Shown here: piece by piece, positions 23,201 through 38,600 of the stretch
Numbering within the stretch: the stretch's first letter is position 1
How the letters are laid out: each line of letters starts with the position of its first letter
NCBI GenBank assembly: GCA_028826165.1
Contig: JAPDFW010000130.1
Location: 79,638-143,637 of the forward strand
Direction of reading: 5' to 3'
Length of the DNA: 64,000 nt
DNA from: Anaeramoeba ignava BMAN
Taxonomy: Eukaryota; Protista; Anaeramoebae
Notes under the pieces: model-generated
Told to the model about the DNA's origin: nothing
Database searches by the model: none
The model's input: only the letters and a program-made list of their open reading frames with translations
Translations under genes and position numbers: made by a program

Positions 23201-26200
23201 ATCTTGATAACGAGTTCAAGAACACTCGGAGCATGCGAATATTTCTGGAGAAGAAACACTGCAGCATTGCTTATTTCAACTGGATCAACAACCCTGTATT
23301 TAGACTGGAAAAACATCAAGATCACAGAAAGTATTTGTTCAACAACAGGAATATCAGAAGCCACAATGCAAGTGTGAAGTAGGAAAAGTAAATTTTCATG
23401 CGTTTCAATATCTCCTTTGCTCTGTGAAAGAGAGCTTCTTAGAAGTTTGATTGCATGCTCTCGGAGATTGTTGATCTCTTTGGGAAGAAACAAGGTTTGA
23501 TCTCTTCTTGTTTTTAAAAGAAAATTTCCCATTGAGTCTCTTAAATAAAGAAGTAAAATGACAGCTAAATTGACAACTGAGATCCGGAAATGATGCTTGT
23601 GAATACACCTCCATTCGTGTTCGCCGCTTGATATTCCACCGCTTTCAGGAGGAACAACCGCTCCATCAGGCTCGGTAAGATCATTACTTTCGGTTTCTTC
23701 AGTGTGGCTGCTTTCAGGATTTTTATCAAGCATATGACTCTTCATACGATGTGAATCAAACTCGATCCCACGTGACAAAATGGCAGAGGAAAGAATCGAA
23801 AAAATTTCATTGCTGATCGTGTATCCCCTTTTCATCCAGATATCGAAATTTAAAACAAGATCGCGAACCAAATGAAGTCTGAAGTGAGAAATTTGTTTCT
23901 CTAATAAAAGCTGGTGGATCTGCTGCACACTTGAAATGCTCAGAAGAGGAAGCTCAGAGTTCATTATTATGTGAGAAAGAATTGACATTCCATGAACACG
24001 AACAAATTGCAGTTGAAGCAATTCACTTTTTTTGAGTAAATGGAGAATCATGTGGAGAGTCTGATTAAATTTTGCGGAATTTTGTTCATCCACACCGTCT
24101 CTTTCCGCATTCATCCGAACCCACATGAGTAACGGAAGATATATCTTCACTCCACCAAGCATTGCTGTTGATTCTGAAAGAAGAAACGAGTTGCCAAAAT
24201 ACGGATGACTAACATGCTTTGCAAACCCGTATTTCTTGAACACGAAGGGATTGTTGCATTCGCACTTGTGGCGAACGGAAGAGACATTTATATAGAGAAG
24301 AATCTGTTCTTCAAAAGAAGTGTTTTCTTTGTTTTGTTGTGGAGATCGTGTTGTGAATTCCTGGTTGTCATAACCATCCAAAAACAGTTTTCTTATTTCT
24401 TCCTTGCTGAGTTCTTTATTGTAAAAACAGGCTGTGCTGGTTTGACCGTAAAAAGACAATATATTCTTCTCTTGAATCTTTCCCAAAAGCAATTTCTGTT
24501 GCATATCATATCCAAAAGCGCTTTTTTCAAAAACAGTTCTCCGATCAAAATTTGGATACTTCAAGTCGCACTTCTTCACAAGTGTGCCATCAATATAGAA
24601 GGACACACGATGTTTTCTTCGCGAGTGTGTAACCGCCACAAAATACCACACACCAACCCACAACTCTGTCTTTACAGACGCTATATTTTCGTTTGTTTTT
24701 TTGGAAACTGTCCGCAAACTGATTTGGTTGAACATATTATGCTCGATCTCCGTTTCTTTTTCTTCTGTTCCGTCTAAAGAAATAAGATCCACACTTTGCT
24801 TTCGTGATGAGTGATGCGAGCTCTCTTGGTCGTTCACTTCCAGATAGAGCTGCATTCCTGTGTCGAAACCTCTGTTCCATACACTGAAAATTCTGGGTTT
24901 GTATTTTTTCATTGGAAATTCATTCTGATGAGGTATTTCAACGCGTATCCAGCATGCAAATGAATACCCGTTCTCTGGAATGTGTTTTCCTGCGAAGGGC
25001 AGTCTGACTGATTTCTCGGCAATCCCAACAAAATCAAAGAAAAAACGCGGACTGTTCCGTTCTTGATACACCATTTTGATCAAAATAGAAAACAATTTGT
25101 TTGATATTTCCTCGTTCTCCAGCTTGCTTTTCAACACATGCAGAAACATCCTCAATGTCTGCACAGAAATACTATGGAAAACAAGGCTCGCAACGAGTTG
25201 GAAAAACTCCTCTAGAAGTCTTGGTTCTTTAACCATAGACTCACCGTTTGTGTTGAGATACTTCAGCAAAAAGTGGGCTAAATTAGCCTCCGAACAGATC
25301 GACAAGTTGTGCAGAGATTGACTGCAAAGGGTCAGAAATATCTGCACATAATTTATCGTGAGCCCCATTTTCCGAGATATTTTAAACAAATAAATAATCA
25401 TTTTTTTCTTGCAAACAATCAACGAATTTTTTCCGATTGAAAAATGGCCTGTCAAAACAAGAATATCAAGTAAATTTTGCCAAAGAATTTCCTTTTTCTC
25501 GTTTTCTTGCGAAAAAAGTTCCACAAATTGTTTGAATCCAATATCCTTTTTAAAATGTGTGAAAATCTTGCTGTTTCGAAACAGATACACAAAGCACTGC
25601 ATAATTTGTTCTCCAACCTTCTCTTCCAAAGTGAACAGATCGAAAAGCATATTGAATCCATTCACAGACACAAACACATTTTGTATTTTGAGGTTGTTTT
25701 GCAGACAATTCTGGTATATTTCAAGTAATTTGGATAATATCGAAATGCGCAATTTTTCCTGTTCCTTAAAATGTTTTGCAACTTGAATGATTTCTTTGTT
25801 CAGTTGTTTGAAAAATCGCTTTAATTGTCCTTTCATCTTTTCAGGATCCACCCATTCACTCAGTTTCAAAAGATGAGAATGTGCCACTTTAAAAGAGTTT
25901 TCGTTTTCGCTTTTTCCGTCCATCAACGAAATGATTATTGTTATAATTTGTGGGTTTGTCACAAGCCTTCTTTTTGCAAATGGTGATTCCAAAAGCATTG
26001 TTAAAATGTTTGATGTTAATGATTTCAGTGTTGCTGCTTGCACTTGCATTCTTATATATTTCTGTTCGTTGTTTATTTCCTTAATATTTTCATTATTTAT
26101 ATTTTTGCTGTTATTTATATTATTTATATTATTTTTATTTCCAAAAGAAAGCGCAATCCAATCTTCTTCATCTAATTCATCCTTTTCAATTTTTTTTCCC

Positions 26201-28862
26201 ATTTCAAAATTTTCATTATTTTCATTTAAATTTTCATTTTGATTTTCATTTGTATTTTCATTTGTATTTTCATTTTGATTTTCATTTGAATTTGTTTTTG
26301 TTTTCATTTTTTCTTGTTCTTGATTAATCTCCGCTTCTGTAGTATTTATAAATTTAATCAGTGAAAATATCCGCGAAATTCCATTATTTTCAACAATATT
26401 TTGAATAGATGAATTGGGTTCAATAGTTACTAAAGTAATCAACGTTTCCATACAAATAACTGTGAAATCATAATCATTTTTCCGTTGTTCTAACAAATTC
26501 AAAATGAACTGATAATCCTCTGAACGTTGAAATTTGCGCAGAACTTGCTCATAAAATTTCATTGAAACCGGATATAACTAAATTAAAATTAAATTAAAAT
26601 TAAATTAAAATTAAATTAAATTAAATTAAATTAAAATTAAAATTAAAATTAAAATTAAATTAAATTAAAATTAAATTAAATTAAATTAAATTAAATTAAA
26701 TTAAATTAAATTAAAATTAAATTAAAATTAAATTTAAATTAAATTAAATTAAATTAAATTAAAATTAAATTAAAATTAAAATTAAAATTAAAATTAAATT
26801 AAATTTAAATTAAAATTAAAATTAAAATTAAATTAAATTAAAATTAAAATTAAAATTAAATTAAATTAAATTAAATTAAATTAAAATTAAATTAAAATTA
26901 AATTAAAATTAAATTAAATTAAATTTAAAATTAAATTAAATTAAATTAAATTAAAATTAAATTAAAATTAAATTAAAATTAAAATTAAATTAAATTAAAT
27001 TAAAATTAAATTAAAATTAAAATTAAAATTAAAATTAAAATTAAAAATTAAATTCAACCTTTTCATGTGAAAAAAGCATATCCCATTTTAAATTGAATAA
27101 ATCTAAATGTTTTGCATTGATCACATCGGATAAAAAATTAATAATTATCACTTCGTTTTCCTCAAATTGATTTCCCATTTGAACCATCTTTTCGAATGTT
27201 TGAGTGATTGTCTCAATAAAATAATATTGAAAAAAATTAAGTGATTTAACAGAAGAATAATTTGCAGCCAAATCATGAAAAAATTTATCAATTTCACTAA
27301 ATAAAACGCGAAAAACATCATTTGAATATGCACCAAGATTGCAAAGAAAATCCGACATGTTTGCAAGCATATTTTGTTTGATAATTTCAAATCCTAAAGA
27401 CTTATAAGTGATTAACATTTTTTCAATCATTCTAAAAGATGATATGATCAACTCGGTTTGTTCTTTTATTCTTGACTCTGTCATTTCTAATTGAAATTCT
27501 TCATCTTGAAGCGGCTTTGTAATGCTGAATAAAAAATCCAAAATAATCTTGGCTTTAAATGACGAATTTGGATCTTGTTTCAATGCTTTTTCTTTGCCAA
27601 GTAAATTGATCATAATTTTGAAAATTTGATTTTTAAGTTGATAATTTTTTTCAAAGTTTTGGTCATTGAGAATATTAAGCATTAAATCTAAAATATTTTT
27701 AGATGTGAATGATTTTCTTCGTTTAAAAAATGATTGATTTGTTTTGTAAAAATATATGTTTTTTTTTTACCAAATGATAAATTAAAAAAATTTTGAGTTT
27801 GTGAATGTGTGAAGTCATTTAAATTATGAAAAGATTCAAAAATAGAAAGTGTATTTGAAACAAGCAAATGAGCATAAATATCATTTTCTCTAAAAATGTT
27901 TTTTCTTTCCTATTTGATTTTTTTTTATAAAACAACAACAACAAAAAATGAGTTATTTAAAATTTTTTTTTTCTGAATTCAATTTAAATCAAACTGAAAT
28001 TAAAGAACAAATTAATTTGCAAAATTCTAGTAACAAATCAATAAATTTATTTTCTAACATCACAACTCTATTATATTTTGATCTACAAAGTATTGAAATA
28101 ACTTGAATAATTTCAATAACTGAATGTAATAATTTTCCAATTTCTTCTTGATTTCCAAAACTAATTATTAATATTAATAAAAAAAATTGTTTTTTTTTTT
28201 AAATAATTTAATAAAAAAAAAAATAAATATAAATATTATTATTATTATTATTATAAAACTTTGATTTTTCTGCATTTTGAACTGTTTTTGATTTCTTTGT
28301 TCTTGAATGGAATGTTTCTCTTTGAATATTTTTCATTGAATTTTTATATAAAACTATATTAACGATAAATTAAAAAAAAAAACAAAAAACCAAAAAAGAT
28401 TTATAATTTTAATTTTAATTTTAATTTTAATTTTAAAAAAAACAAAATCACAAACTTTGAATTCGATTTTGCTCATAAGATAAATATTCTAAAGTTGTGT
28501 ATATAACATTTCTTGGATGGGCTTTAGTATTTAGGATTGCCTTATCTATATCTGTTGGACGAATAATTTCATTTTCTTCAGTTACTACTCCAACATACCA
28601 ATCACTAAAAGTATCAATAAATAAAATTGAAAACTCAAAAAACAAATCAGTAGATTTCTTTTGAGTTGATTTATAAATTAATAATTGAAGAATATCGATT
28701 TATTTATTATATTTGTTATTATGTTTTTTTTTTGAATTATTTTTTTTTTACTTGATTTTGATTTGAAATTTGATTCCAAAGTTGATTTAATTTATTTCCT
28801 TTTGAACCAAATTGTAAAAAGTAATTGTGTTCAAATTGTTTTTTTTTAGAAGCGTGTGACAT
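17268..28862 (-). CDS. BEACH-domain protein (neurobeachin/LYST/Lvs family): ConA-like, PH, BEACH, WD40
   Basis: BEACH motifs RSYNDLSQYPVFPWIL, YGSHYSS, ADVRELIPEFFY, HIHEWIDLIFGYKQQG, FGQTPPQLF; C-terminal WD40; LamG-like GYSFACWIR...WYFVAVTH. Intron at 27058..26578 and several small 5' introns; start 28862 is tentative. Extra base at ~22906 splits the two big ORFs (repair gives LNLFGWQHLL). Confidence 0.88.
26580..27045. repeat. (aaatt/aaaatt)n filling a BEACH-gene intron
   Basis: Pure 5/6-mer array between the GT and AG sites on the minus strand. Confidence 0.88.
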
Positions 28863-29605
28863 TTTTCAAAAGAAAAAGAAAAATTTAGAAAAGTTAAAAC
28901 TAGAAGAAAAAAAGGAAATGAATTTTTTAAAAAATTTTTCTTTTTTTTGGTTTTTGTTTTGATTTGTTTTGTTTTGGGGTTTGTTTTTTTTTTAATTTGA
29001 TTATCAATAAAATAAAAAAGAAAAATAAAAAAGAAAAGAAAAGAAAAAAAATGAATTTAAATTTTTTTTATCTTTTTTTTTAAAAATTAAAAAATTTTTT
29101 GATCAAAAAGAAATAAACAATTCGAAAAAAAAATTTTTTAAATTTAATCTAAAAATAAAAATAAAAATAAAAAAATAAATAAGAACAATTTAGATTTTTC
29201 TATTTTTTTTAATTTAAAGAAAAAAAAAGCAAAACAATTTAGATTTTAATTTTCATTTAGATTTTAATTTTAATTTTAATTTTAATTTTCATTTAGATTT
29301 TAATTTTAATTTTAATTTTAATTTTCATTTTAATTTTGATTTATCCAAAAATTAATATTTGATGATTCATTCGATGATTCATTCTTATCTAACATTAATT
29401 TTAATTTAGATTTTGATTTTAGATTTTGATTTTAGATTTTGATTATTAAATTTTGATTTTGATTTTGATTTTAATTTTCATTTAGATTTTAATTTGGATT
29501 ATTAAATTTTAATTTTAATTTTAATTTTGATTTTAATTTTGATTTTAATTTTGATTTTAATTTTGATTTTCATTTATATTTAGATTTTGATTTTAGATTT
29601 AATTT

Positions 29606-32600
29606 TCATTTTTTATAAAAATTGGAAAAATTCATTGATAATTTAATTTGTGGTCGTCGATTCTCTCGTTTTTGTACTTTTTTTGCTTCTTTCTTAGTAA
29701 ATTTATTTTGAGCATTATTCATAAAATTTTCAAGTAATTTACGATTTTCTTGAGAAAGTAATTGAATATAATCTTTAAATTCAATGGTTGAGTTTTTTGC
29801 AATTTGAATAAGAACTTGATTAATTGAATTCATAGATTGATCTGAAAATAATCTTGTTTTGTTTGAAACTAAAATATCAACAGTAATCTGAATTACACAA
29901 TTTACAATTTGAGAAATTAATTCTTTGTTTTGGGTTTTTGAAAACAGAAACTGATAAATTCTTTCAAAAATCTCAAAAGTTTTCATTTGAATTTGATAAA
30001 TTTCTTTTTGTAAGTTGTTTAAGATCCTGTTTGTTGAATCTTCTTCTTCTTCTTCTTTTCTATAATTTATAAAAAGAGAAATAATAGAAGGAATGATCAA
30101 TATAATCATTCTTATTTGAAATAAATTCATTTGATTTTGATTTTGATTTTGATTTTGATTTTCATTTTTTTCATCTTCCTTTCCACTTCTCTTGAAAAGT
30201 ACAAAATTAAGAACTTCATTCCACATGCAAACCTTGTCGTAATCTTTATCTATTTGATTAAGAATATTGTGAGATATTTCTGAAAGATGATCAGCAAATT
30301 CAACCAAAATATCGTTTCCAAAAAATTCAAACTCAATTCCTTTTGTTACAAACTGAAAAATTAAATAAATCAAATTGGAAAAATAATTCATCTGATCATA
30401 ATTTGAAGATTTATCTTTTTCATTACTAATTATTTTTGATATTTGGGAAATAAAAACTAAACTCAATTTGATATGATGATCTTCAATGTTTTGATCTGTT
30501 AATTCATCACTTTTTTCTCGCCATATCTTCGAAGATAGAACAATCGATTCAATATCAATTTTGTGGAAATCCAAAAAGTAAACTTGAGAAATTATAATAT
30601 CCAATACTTTGTTAAGTAAACTCAAATGCAATTCAAATTCGCATTTCATCATAATATTTGAAATCAAGGATATGTATTTGTTGAAAATATAATAATTATA
30701 ATCAAAATTAACTTTTATGGAATCTTTTGAATGAAGGAATACCATTTGCTGGAAAATATATAATAACAATCCAATCATTTGTTTTTGAGTTTTAAGTTTT
30801 TGTTCTTTTAATTCTTCAATCAAATGTGGATGATATTCCTTTTTCTTTTCATTATCTAATAGAATATTCACACCCATAATGTCTGGTCTTGAATAAACTA
30901 AGTTGAGAATCTCAAAAAATTTTAAATGCATTTTGGAAAGATCCTCGTTTGAGAAAAAACTATAAATTTTGTCTAAAACTTTTTTCAATAAAAGAACAAC
31001 TTCGAATAAAGAATCAATATTAAGTATCAAATGTTTTTCAATAGTTTCGTTACTTTCATTAATGGATATTTTAGAATCGTTTCGAATGAAGATTATCAGC
31101 AATTCAATCCATTTTAAAACACTATTGAAAAATTTATGAGATTGAAATTTGGATTTTGTTGTATTTATTCCCAAAATTGATCCAAAGTCAGTTTCGCAAA
31201 ATTTCGATAAATGAAAAACACATAAATTCATGATCATCAAAATGATTTTTTGGTTTGGAAAATCATTTTGGGTTTTTTCAGAATACAAAAGATAGAAATT
31301 TGATAAATTAGACCAAAAAATTATTAAATCTGATAAAGATTGTTCTGGAAAAACAGATAAAATTGGCTTTTTCACTGATAATTCATTTTGATAAGAATTG
31401 AGGAGAAAATATTCAATAAAAGATTCTAAAATAATATTGATTTTTTCTGGAGCATGAAGCTGGTGGATAATCTGTGAAGACCATAACATGTATTTCTGTT
31501 CATAAAATTCCCAAAAATACAATATATAACGAGTAAATGCATTTGTTAAGTTAAATAAAACTTGGGATTCAATAGGAGAGAATAGGTCGATAATTTCAAG
31601 ATGTGAGAATTTTTGAAATGTTTCAAGAGTATTTCCAATCAATTTTGTAATTTTCTGAAGTTGTAAAAGGAACTCTTCTCTTGATTCATTTTCATCTTCG
31701 TCTTCATCATTTTCATTTTCATTTTGAATTTGATTTTCGTTTTGATTTTCGTTTTGATTTTTTTTGGAAATTTTTTGTATAGATTTAAATCGGAATTTCT
31801 GAAATCTAATGAATAAATCAGCAAGAATAGTTGCAAAATGAACAATATAGGGTTGAAATTGGAATTGATTACTGTTAGAATTTTCTTTTGATTTGTTTTC
31901 ATTAGTAATAGACTCATCAACTTCTTCAAAAATCTTTTCGTTATCAAGATTCAAATCAGTATTTTGTTTTTCTTGCAAATTTAATTCTTGGGTTGATTGA
32001 GGTGGTTTTGCAAATTCTTCAAATGTGGATTGATTTGAAACAAGCAAAATTGTAGGTAATTTTGAAGGAGAAAACGACTGTTTCAAAACTGAAACAATCT
32101 GAGCTTCAAAAATATCAAGAGCGAATTGATCTTCTAATTCAGAATCATGGCTTTTCATGAAAATTTGTACAACTAATCCAAAAAGCTTTAATCCTGATAT
32201 TTGTAAATCAAAAATTGTTTGAGATACATTTCGAAAAGATATTTCCACAATCTCTTGAATTTTTGGTGATAGTGAAGATAAAGTAAAATTTGGATCGATT
32301 TGTCCCATCGAAGTTATTATTTTGTAAATCATTTCCATCGCATATTGTTTAGTTTGCCATCTTGGATTTGAAGAAATTGTCAAATCAAGATATTTTTTAT
32401 TTTGGATTATTAATTTGTATTTCTCATGCAAAGAAAGAAGAGATTTGCGATCAGTTTTGGAATCAGGATTTGTATTTTGAGAATTTGTACTTTGATTTGG
32501 ATCTAGAGATTGGTTTCGATCATGAGTATTCTGTTCGTCTATGAAATCGTTGATATCTTCTTGGTCATCTGAATCATTTTGGATTGCATCAATGGGGATT

Positions 32601-35600
32601 TCTTCTTGAACGGTTTTGATTGTGATTTCTTTTTCATGAGATCCTGATGAAGAAACAACTTTTCTGCATACTTCATACCAGAGAATCAATTCTGATAAAG
32701 AAGTTGAATCGATTAGTGAAGAAATGAGCGAGATTATTTGATCGGAAATTCTAGAAGTTAACGAAGTATTTATAGGATGGACAAAATCAAGAAATTCAAA
32801 TAATTCTTCAAATGCACAAAACTCTGAATTTTGTTCTGAAACAAAGCTTATTGAACCTCTTTTTTTGTCGATAATTTGCTGCATTATAGATAAGGCAATG
32901 CTTGAATTCTGTAATCCAAAAGGCGATTTTTGACTGAAAGGTGAAAAATCAGAGAAAGATGTTTCAGACTCAATTTGGTTTTCTGGATTAGAAGGAGAAA
33001 GATTAGTTGGGAATAAAATATAAGTATTTAGAAGAATGCGGAAATAATGTGCTTCGTTAAGTAATCCTGGAGAGAATATGAGCAATTTCTCGATAATTTT
33101 TGTTGTATGCTTATGAACATTGCTGAATTTAGATGGTAGAAGAATATTTTCAAGTATCATTAAAATCCATTTTGTCAATGCAGGCTTTTCTTGCAATTCA
33201 GGCCCAAGACCTAGCATAAGACCATCGATGATTCCGCCGATGGAATCCAGAATGGCAGGGTTGTTTATATGAGATTCTTTGGAAAGATGATAATTGACAA
33301 CACTTAAAATTGGGGTGACAAAATTCATTTGGATGACAAGATTTGCGGAAGAATTCAATATTTTTGACAACGCACAAAGACATGATTCGTAAGTCTCCAT
33401 ATTTTCTGAGCGCGAAATTTCGATGAGAAAAATAATGACAGAAGGGAATATATCTTTTGCGCGAATATTTCCTATATACTGAATAATTGTGGCGAGTGTT
33501 ATTGCAAAGTTGTTTTGTATTTGAGTATTTTGTGTGTCTCTTTGAGATTTTATGCTTTGAACAATTTCGGATGCGAAGGTGTCTGGGAGATGAGTTCCTA
33601 AGATACCGATTATGTTTTGAGTTAGAATAGCAATTTTCTTGTTGTGGAAGTGAAGGGATTGCGATACAATTTCTTGTGATACTAAAAGCAAAGTTTGATA
33701 ATTTTGTTGTGATTCTTTTTTTCTTTGTGAATTGATTTGTTTCAAAAGATGGAAAATTGTTGCTAAAATATTTGTGAAAATGTGAGTTGATAATTTATCA
33801 GAGCTTGATTTGATAATCTTTGTTTTTTTTTCTTCTTGGATTGCTTTATTTTTATTTTTATTTTTATTTTTAGATTTTTTGTTTTTGCGTTTTGATTTCG
33901 ATTGTTGTTCTTGTAGTTTTTTTTCACTTAATTCAAGAATTTCTTTTGCTTTTTTTGAAAGTTCATTTAAATTTGTCATGTATTTACTTATTGTTGATTT
34001 TGTTTGATAAAGAATCCATCTACAAAAAATGGTTATTGCAAGATCGACAATATCTTGGAAATTGATTTGCTTGAATTGAAAGAATTGTTGATTTTCTATA
34101 GGACAAAAATGGGGTTTGTAAGGATGAGAAGGGAGTATTTGTGATAAAAAGGAATGAGAGATTGAAATTCCCAATTTGGATTGGCAAATATCATTGAAAA
34201 TCAGAGATTCACAAGATTGGATATTCAATTTTTTGAATATTGAATCAGGTAAAATAGAAAGGAGTTTGTATGCCACATTTCGGAAAGCAAAACAACAATC
34301 TTCGGAAAAAATTTTTTGCATATGATTTTTGTCAGTGAAAGAAGATTTATTGAAATAATAAATCGATATTGGTATTGAAGTGTGTTGTTTTCCAGAATAT
34401 TTCTTGGAAGATTGATTTATCACAAGCAATATTTTATTGATGATTGCTGATAATCTGTGTTCGAATTGAGTTTTTTGGTTTGGATAAAAAATGTTTTGCT
34501 GTTCTCTAAAGTTGTTGAAGAAAGCCAGTAATGAATAAGTGAGAATTTCCATAAGGAAAATGGATTTGGATTCTTTTTCAATAATTTTCTGTATTGATTC
34601 AAGGGAATCCTCCCATAACTTGAGAATTGTGTCAATTTTTTGGGAAAGAAAGAATAAAGTGATTGGATCTGAATCTTGAGAATTAAATACAGGATTTATG
34701 ATAAATGGTTTGGGGGAATTTGTTTGTAAAGTTTCTGAATAGTAGATGTTCTTCATAAGCTCTGTATCAATTCTATGTTCTTTGTGGCTGTTTTTGAGAG
34801 AGTAATCTGAGTTTTTTTTGGCACAAAGAAATAATGTGTCCAATAATTCGAATCCAATTTTAAAATATTTAATGATTAAATTTAAGTCTGTCTGTTGATT
34901 TTGATTAATTTCAATTTCGTTGATTCCGTTCATAATATTTTGTTGTGCGATTGTGAACAAATTTGAAATCAAATGTTTTGGCTTGAGTATTTTATTATTT
35001 GTGATTGCCGAATAAGCAAGGCAATAAAAACAATGCTGAAGACCTGAGACTTGGAGTTGATGATTATTTGTATTTTGAGAGCGAATTCTCTTTGAAATTT
35101 CTGTGTCGAGAACATTGATTATCGTCTTGATATTTGAAGGGAAGATTAAGAAAATGAGGCCAATGCATTCAGCAGAAATTATTTGAATATGAATTGAGGG
35201 GTTGTCTAACCAAGAGAAAAGAACATTTATTAATGGAGGAATTTTTGGATATGAAACTTCTTGAAGAATTTGAATAAGATGGTGGATTTGAATTATCACC
35301 AAAGAAGCTTGCGAATTGTTGAAATGAGATGTGTTTGAGTTTATTTCCAGAGCAATATGGATCAAATGCTCTAAAATTTGGAGCTGTTTTGTTTGATCAA
35401 AGATGTTGCAAAATTGGTTCAAAATGGAACTAATGCAATTGTATATCAATTTAATGTTTTGGTTTTTTGTATCGATAATTTTGAATAAATCAGTTAAATG
35501 GACAATGTGGTTGAGAATTGACTTAGAGTGTTCAAATAAAAGTTGCGAGTTTAGATTGTTGAAAAATGATTGATAAGCAGTAGCTGCCGAAGATAATTGA

Positions 35601-38600
35601 TTTTTGTTTTCTGTGTAAAGAAATAAAGATCCCAGAAGATTAAGAATGCTTTGAAAAGTATTAAAATCTGTTGAATGCTTATTGAGTTTGAGTTTTTCTT
35701 GTTTTTTGAGGAGATCCGAACCAGATCTTTTGTGCTTGGTTTTATTTTTTGCTTCGAAATTTCCTGAGTTTGTTCTTGTAATTTTCCGATGAGTTTTTGA
35801 AGTTTCTTTTGGATTTTGATCTTCATTCAAGTTTAAATCGAGATTTCTATTTATTTTTTGGTTTTGATTTTTGAGGTTTTCTTTTTGATTTTGAATATGT
35901 AATTTGATCCATGCTTGCGACATAATAAATCCATAAGATTCAGCAAATTTTGAGTTTACAGTTGAAGCATTTTCATTTGAAAAATATTTTAAAAGAATTT
36001 TGTGTAAATCATTCGGAATAATAGATTGGGAGATTGAAGAGAAAGAGCAAATGAGCTCAGCAAATGCAATTTTGATTTCATCTGAAGTTTCATTTGAGAA
36101 ATTTTTAATTGCTTTAAAAACTATTTAAAAAAATTTATAAATTTATAAATTTTAAAAATATTAAAAATATAAAATTATTTGATTTTATTTTTTACCATCA
36201 TTTTCATAAACAAATAAACTTTGATAAGTTTTTATTAAATTAGAAATTGTTTTTAAAGATTTAATTCTAATAAATTCCTGTAAAATTTAAATTGAAAAGA
36301 ATTATTATTTAAAATTTTTTTTTTAATCGATAAAAAAAAGTTGAATTTAATACTTTTGGAGATTTTAGATGTTTAAGAGTTAATATAACAGTATCTGATA
36401 ATAAATTCAAAGTTTTTTTTGGGAATTGAGAATGTAATTCATTAAGAATTTCAATTGAAAGACTTTTTAAAAAACAAGAAATTAATATTAATTTTAATAT
36501 TTTTAATAAAATTAATTTTAATATTTTTAATAAAATTAATTTTAATATTTTTAATAAAATAAATTTTAATATTTTTAATAAAATTAATTTTAATATTTTT
36601 AATAAAATAAATTTTAATATTTTTAATAAAATTAATTTTAATAATTTTAATATAAATTAATTTTAATATTTTTAATAAATTAATTTTAATATTTTTAATA
36701 AAATTAATTTTAATATTTTTAATAAAATTAATTTTAATATTTTTAATAAAATTAATTTTAATATTTTTAATAAAATAAATTTTAATATTTTTAATAAAAA
36801 TTAATTTTAATATTTTTAATATAATTAATTTTAATATTTTTAATATAATTAATTTTATTATTTTTAATATAATTAATTTTAATATTTTTAATAAAATTAA
36901 TTTTAATATTTTTAATATAAATTAATTTTAATATTTTTAATATAAATTAATTTTAATATTTTTAATATAAATTAATTTTAATATTTTTAATATAATAAAT
37001 TTTAATATTTTTAATATAATAAATTTTAATATTTTTAATAAAATTAATTTTAATATTTTTAATATAATTTAATTTTAATATTTTTAATATAAATTAATTT
37101 TAATATTTTTAATATAATAAATTTTTAATATTTTTAATAAAATTAATTTTAATATTTTTAATAAAAATTAATTTTAATATTTTTATATAAATTAATTTTA
37201 ATATTTTTAATAAAATAAATTTTAATATTTTTAATAAAAATAAATTTTAATATTTTTAATAAAATAAATTTTAATATTTTTAATAAATTTAATTTTAATA
37301 TTTTTAATAAAATTAATTTTAATATTTTTAATAAAAATAATTTTAATATTTTTAATAAAATTAATTTTAATATTTTTAATATAAATTAATTTTAATATTT
37401 TTAATAAAATTAATTTTAATATTTTTAATATAAATTAATTTTAATATTTTTAATATAATTAATTTTAATATTTTTAATATAAATTAATTTTAATATTTTT
37501 AATAAATTTAATTTTAATATTTTTAATATAATTAATTTTAATATTTTTAATAAAAATAAATTTTAATATTTTTAATAAAAATTAATTTTAATATTTTTAA
37601 TATAATTAATTTTAATATTTTTAATATAATTAATTTTATTATTTTTAATATAATTAATTTTAATATTTTTAATATAAATTAATTTTAATATTTTTAATAT
37701 AAATAAATTTTAATATTTTTAATATAAATTAATTTTAATATTTTTAATATAAATTAATTTTAATATTTTTAATATAATAAATTTTAATATTTTTAATAAA
37801 ATTAATTTTAATATTTTTAATATAATTAATTTTAATATTTTTAATATAATTAATTTTAATATTTTTAATAAAAATAAATTTTAATATTTTTAATATAAAT
37901 AAATTTTTAATATTTTTAATAAAATTAATTTTAATATTTTTAATAAAATTAATTTTAATATTTTTATATAAATTAATTTTAATATTTTTAATAAAATAAA
38001 TTTTAATATTTTTAATAAAATAAATTTTAATATTTTTAATAAAATAAATTTTAATATTTTTAATAAAATAAATTTTAATATTTTTAATAAATTTAATTTT
38101 AATATTTTTAATAAAATTAATTTTAATATTTTTATATAAATTAATTTTAATATTTTTAATAAAATTAATTTTAATATTTTTAATAAATTTTATTATTAAT
38201 TTTTCAGATTAATTTTAATATTTTTAATAAAATTAATTTTAATATTTTTAATAAAATTAATTTTAATATTTTTAATAAAATTAATTTTAATATTTTTAAT
38301 AAAAATTAATTTTAATATTTTTTTTAATAAAATTATTTTTAATATTTTTAATAAAATTAATTTTTAATATTTTTAATAAAATTAATTTTAATATTTTTAA
38401 TAAAATTAATTTTAATATTTTTAATAAAATTAATTTTAATATTTTTAATAAAATTAATTTTAATATTTTTAATAAAATTAATTTTAATATTTTTAATAAA
38501 ATTAATTTTAATATTTTTAATAAAATTAATTTTAATATTTTTAATAAAATTAATTTTAATATTTTTAATAAAATTAATTTTAATATTTTTAATAAAATTA

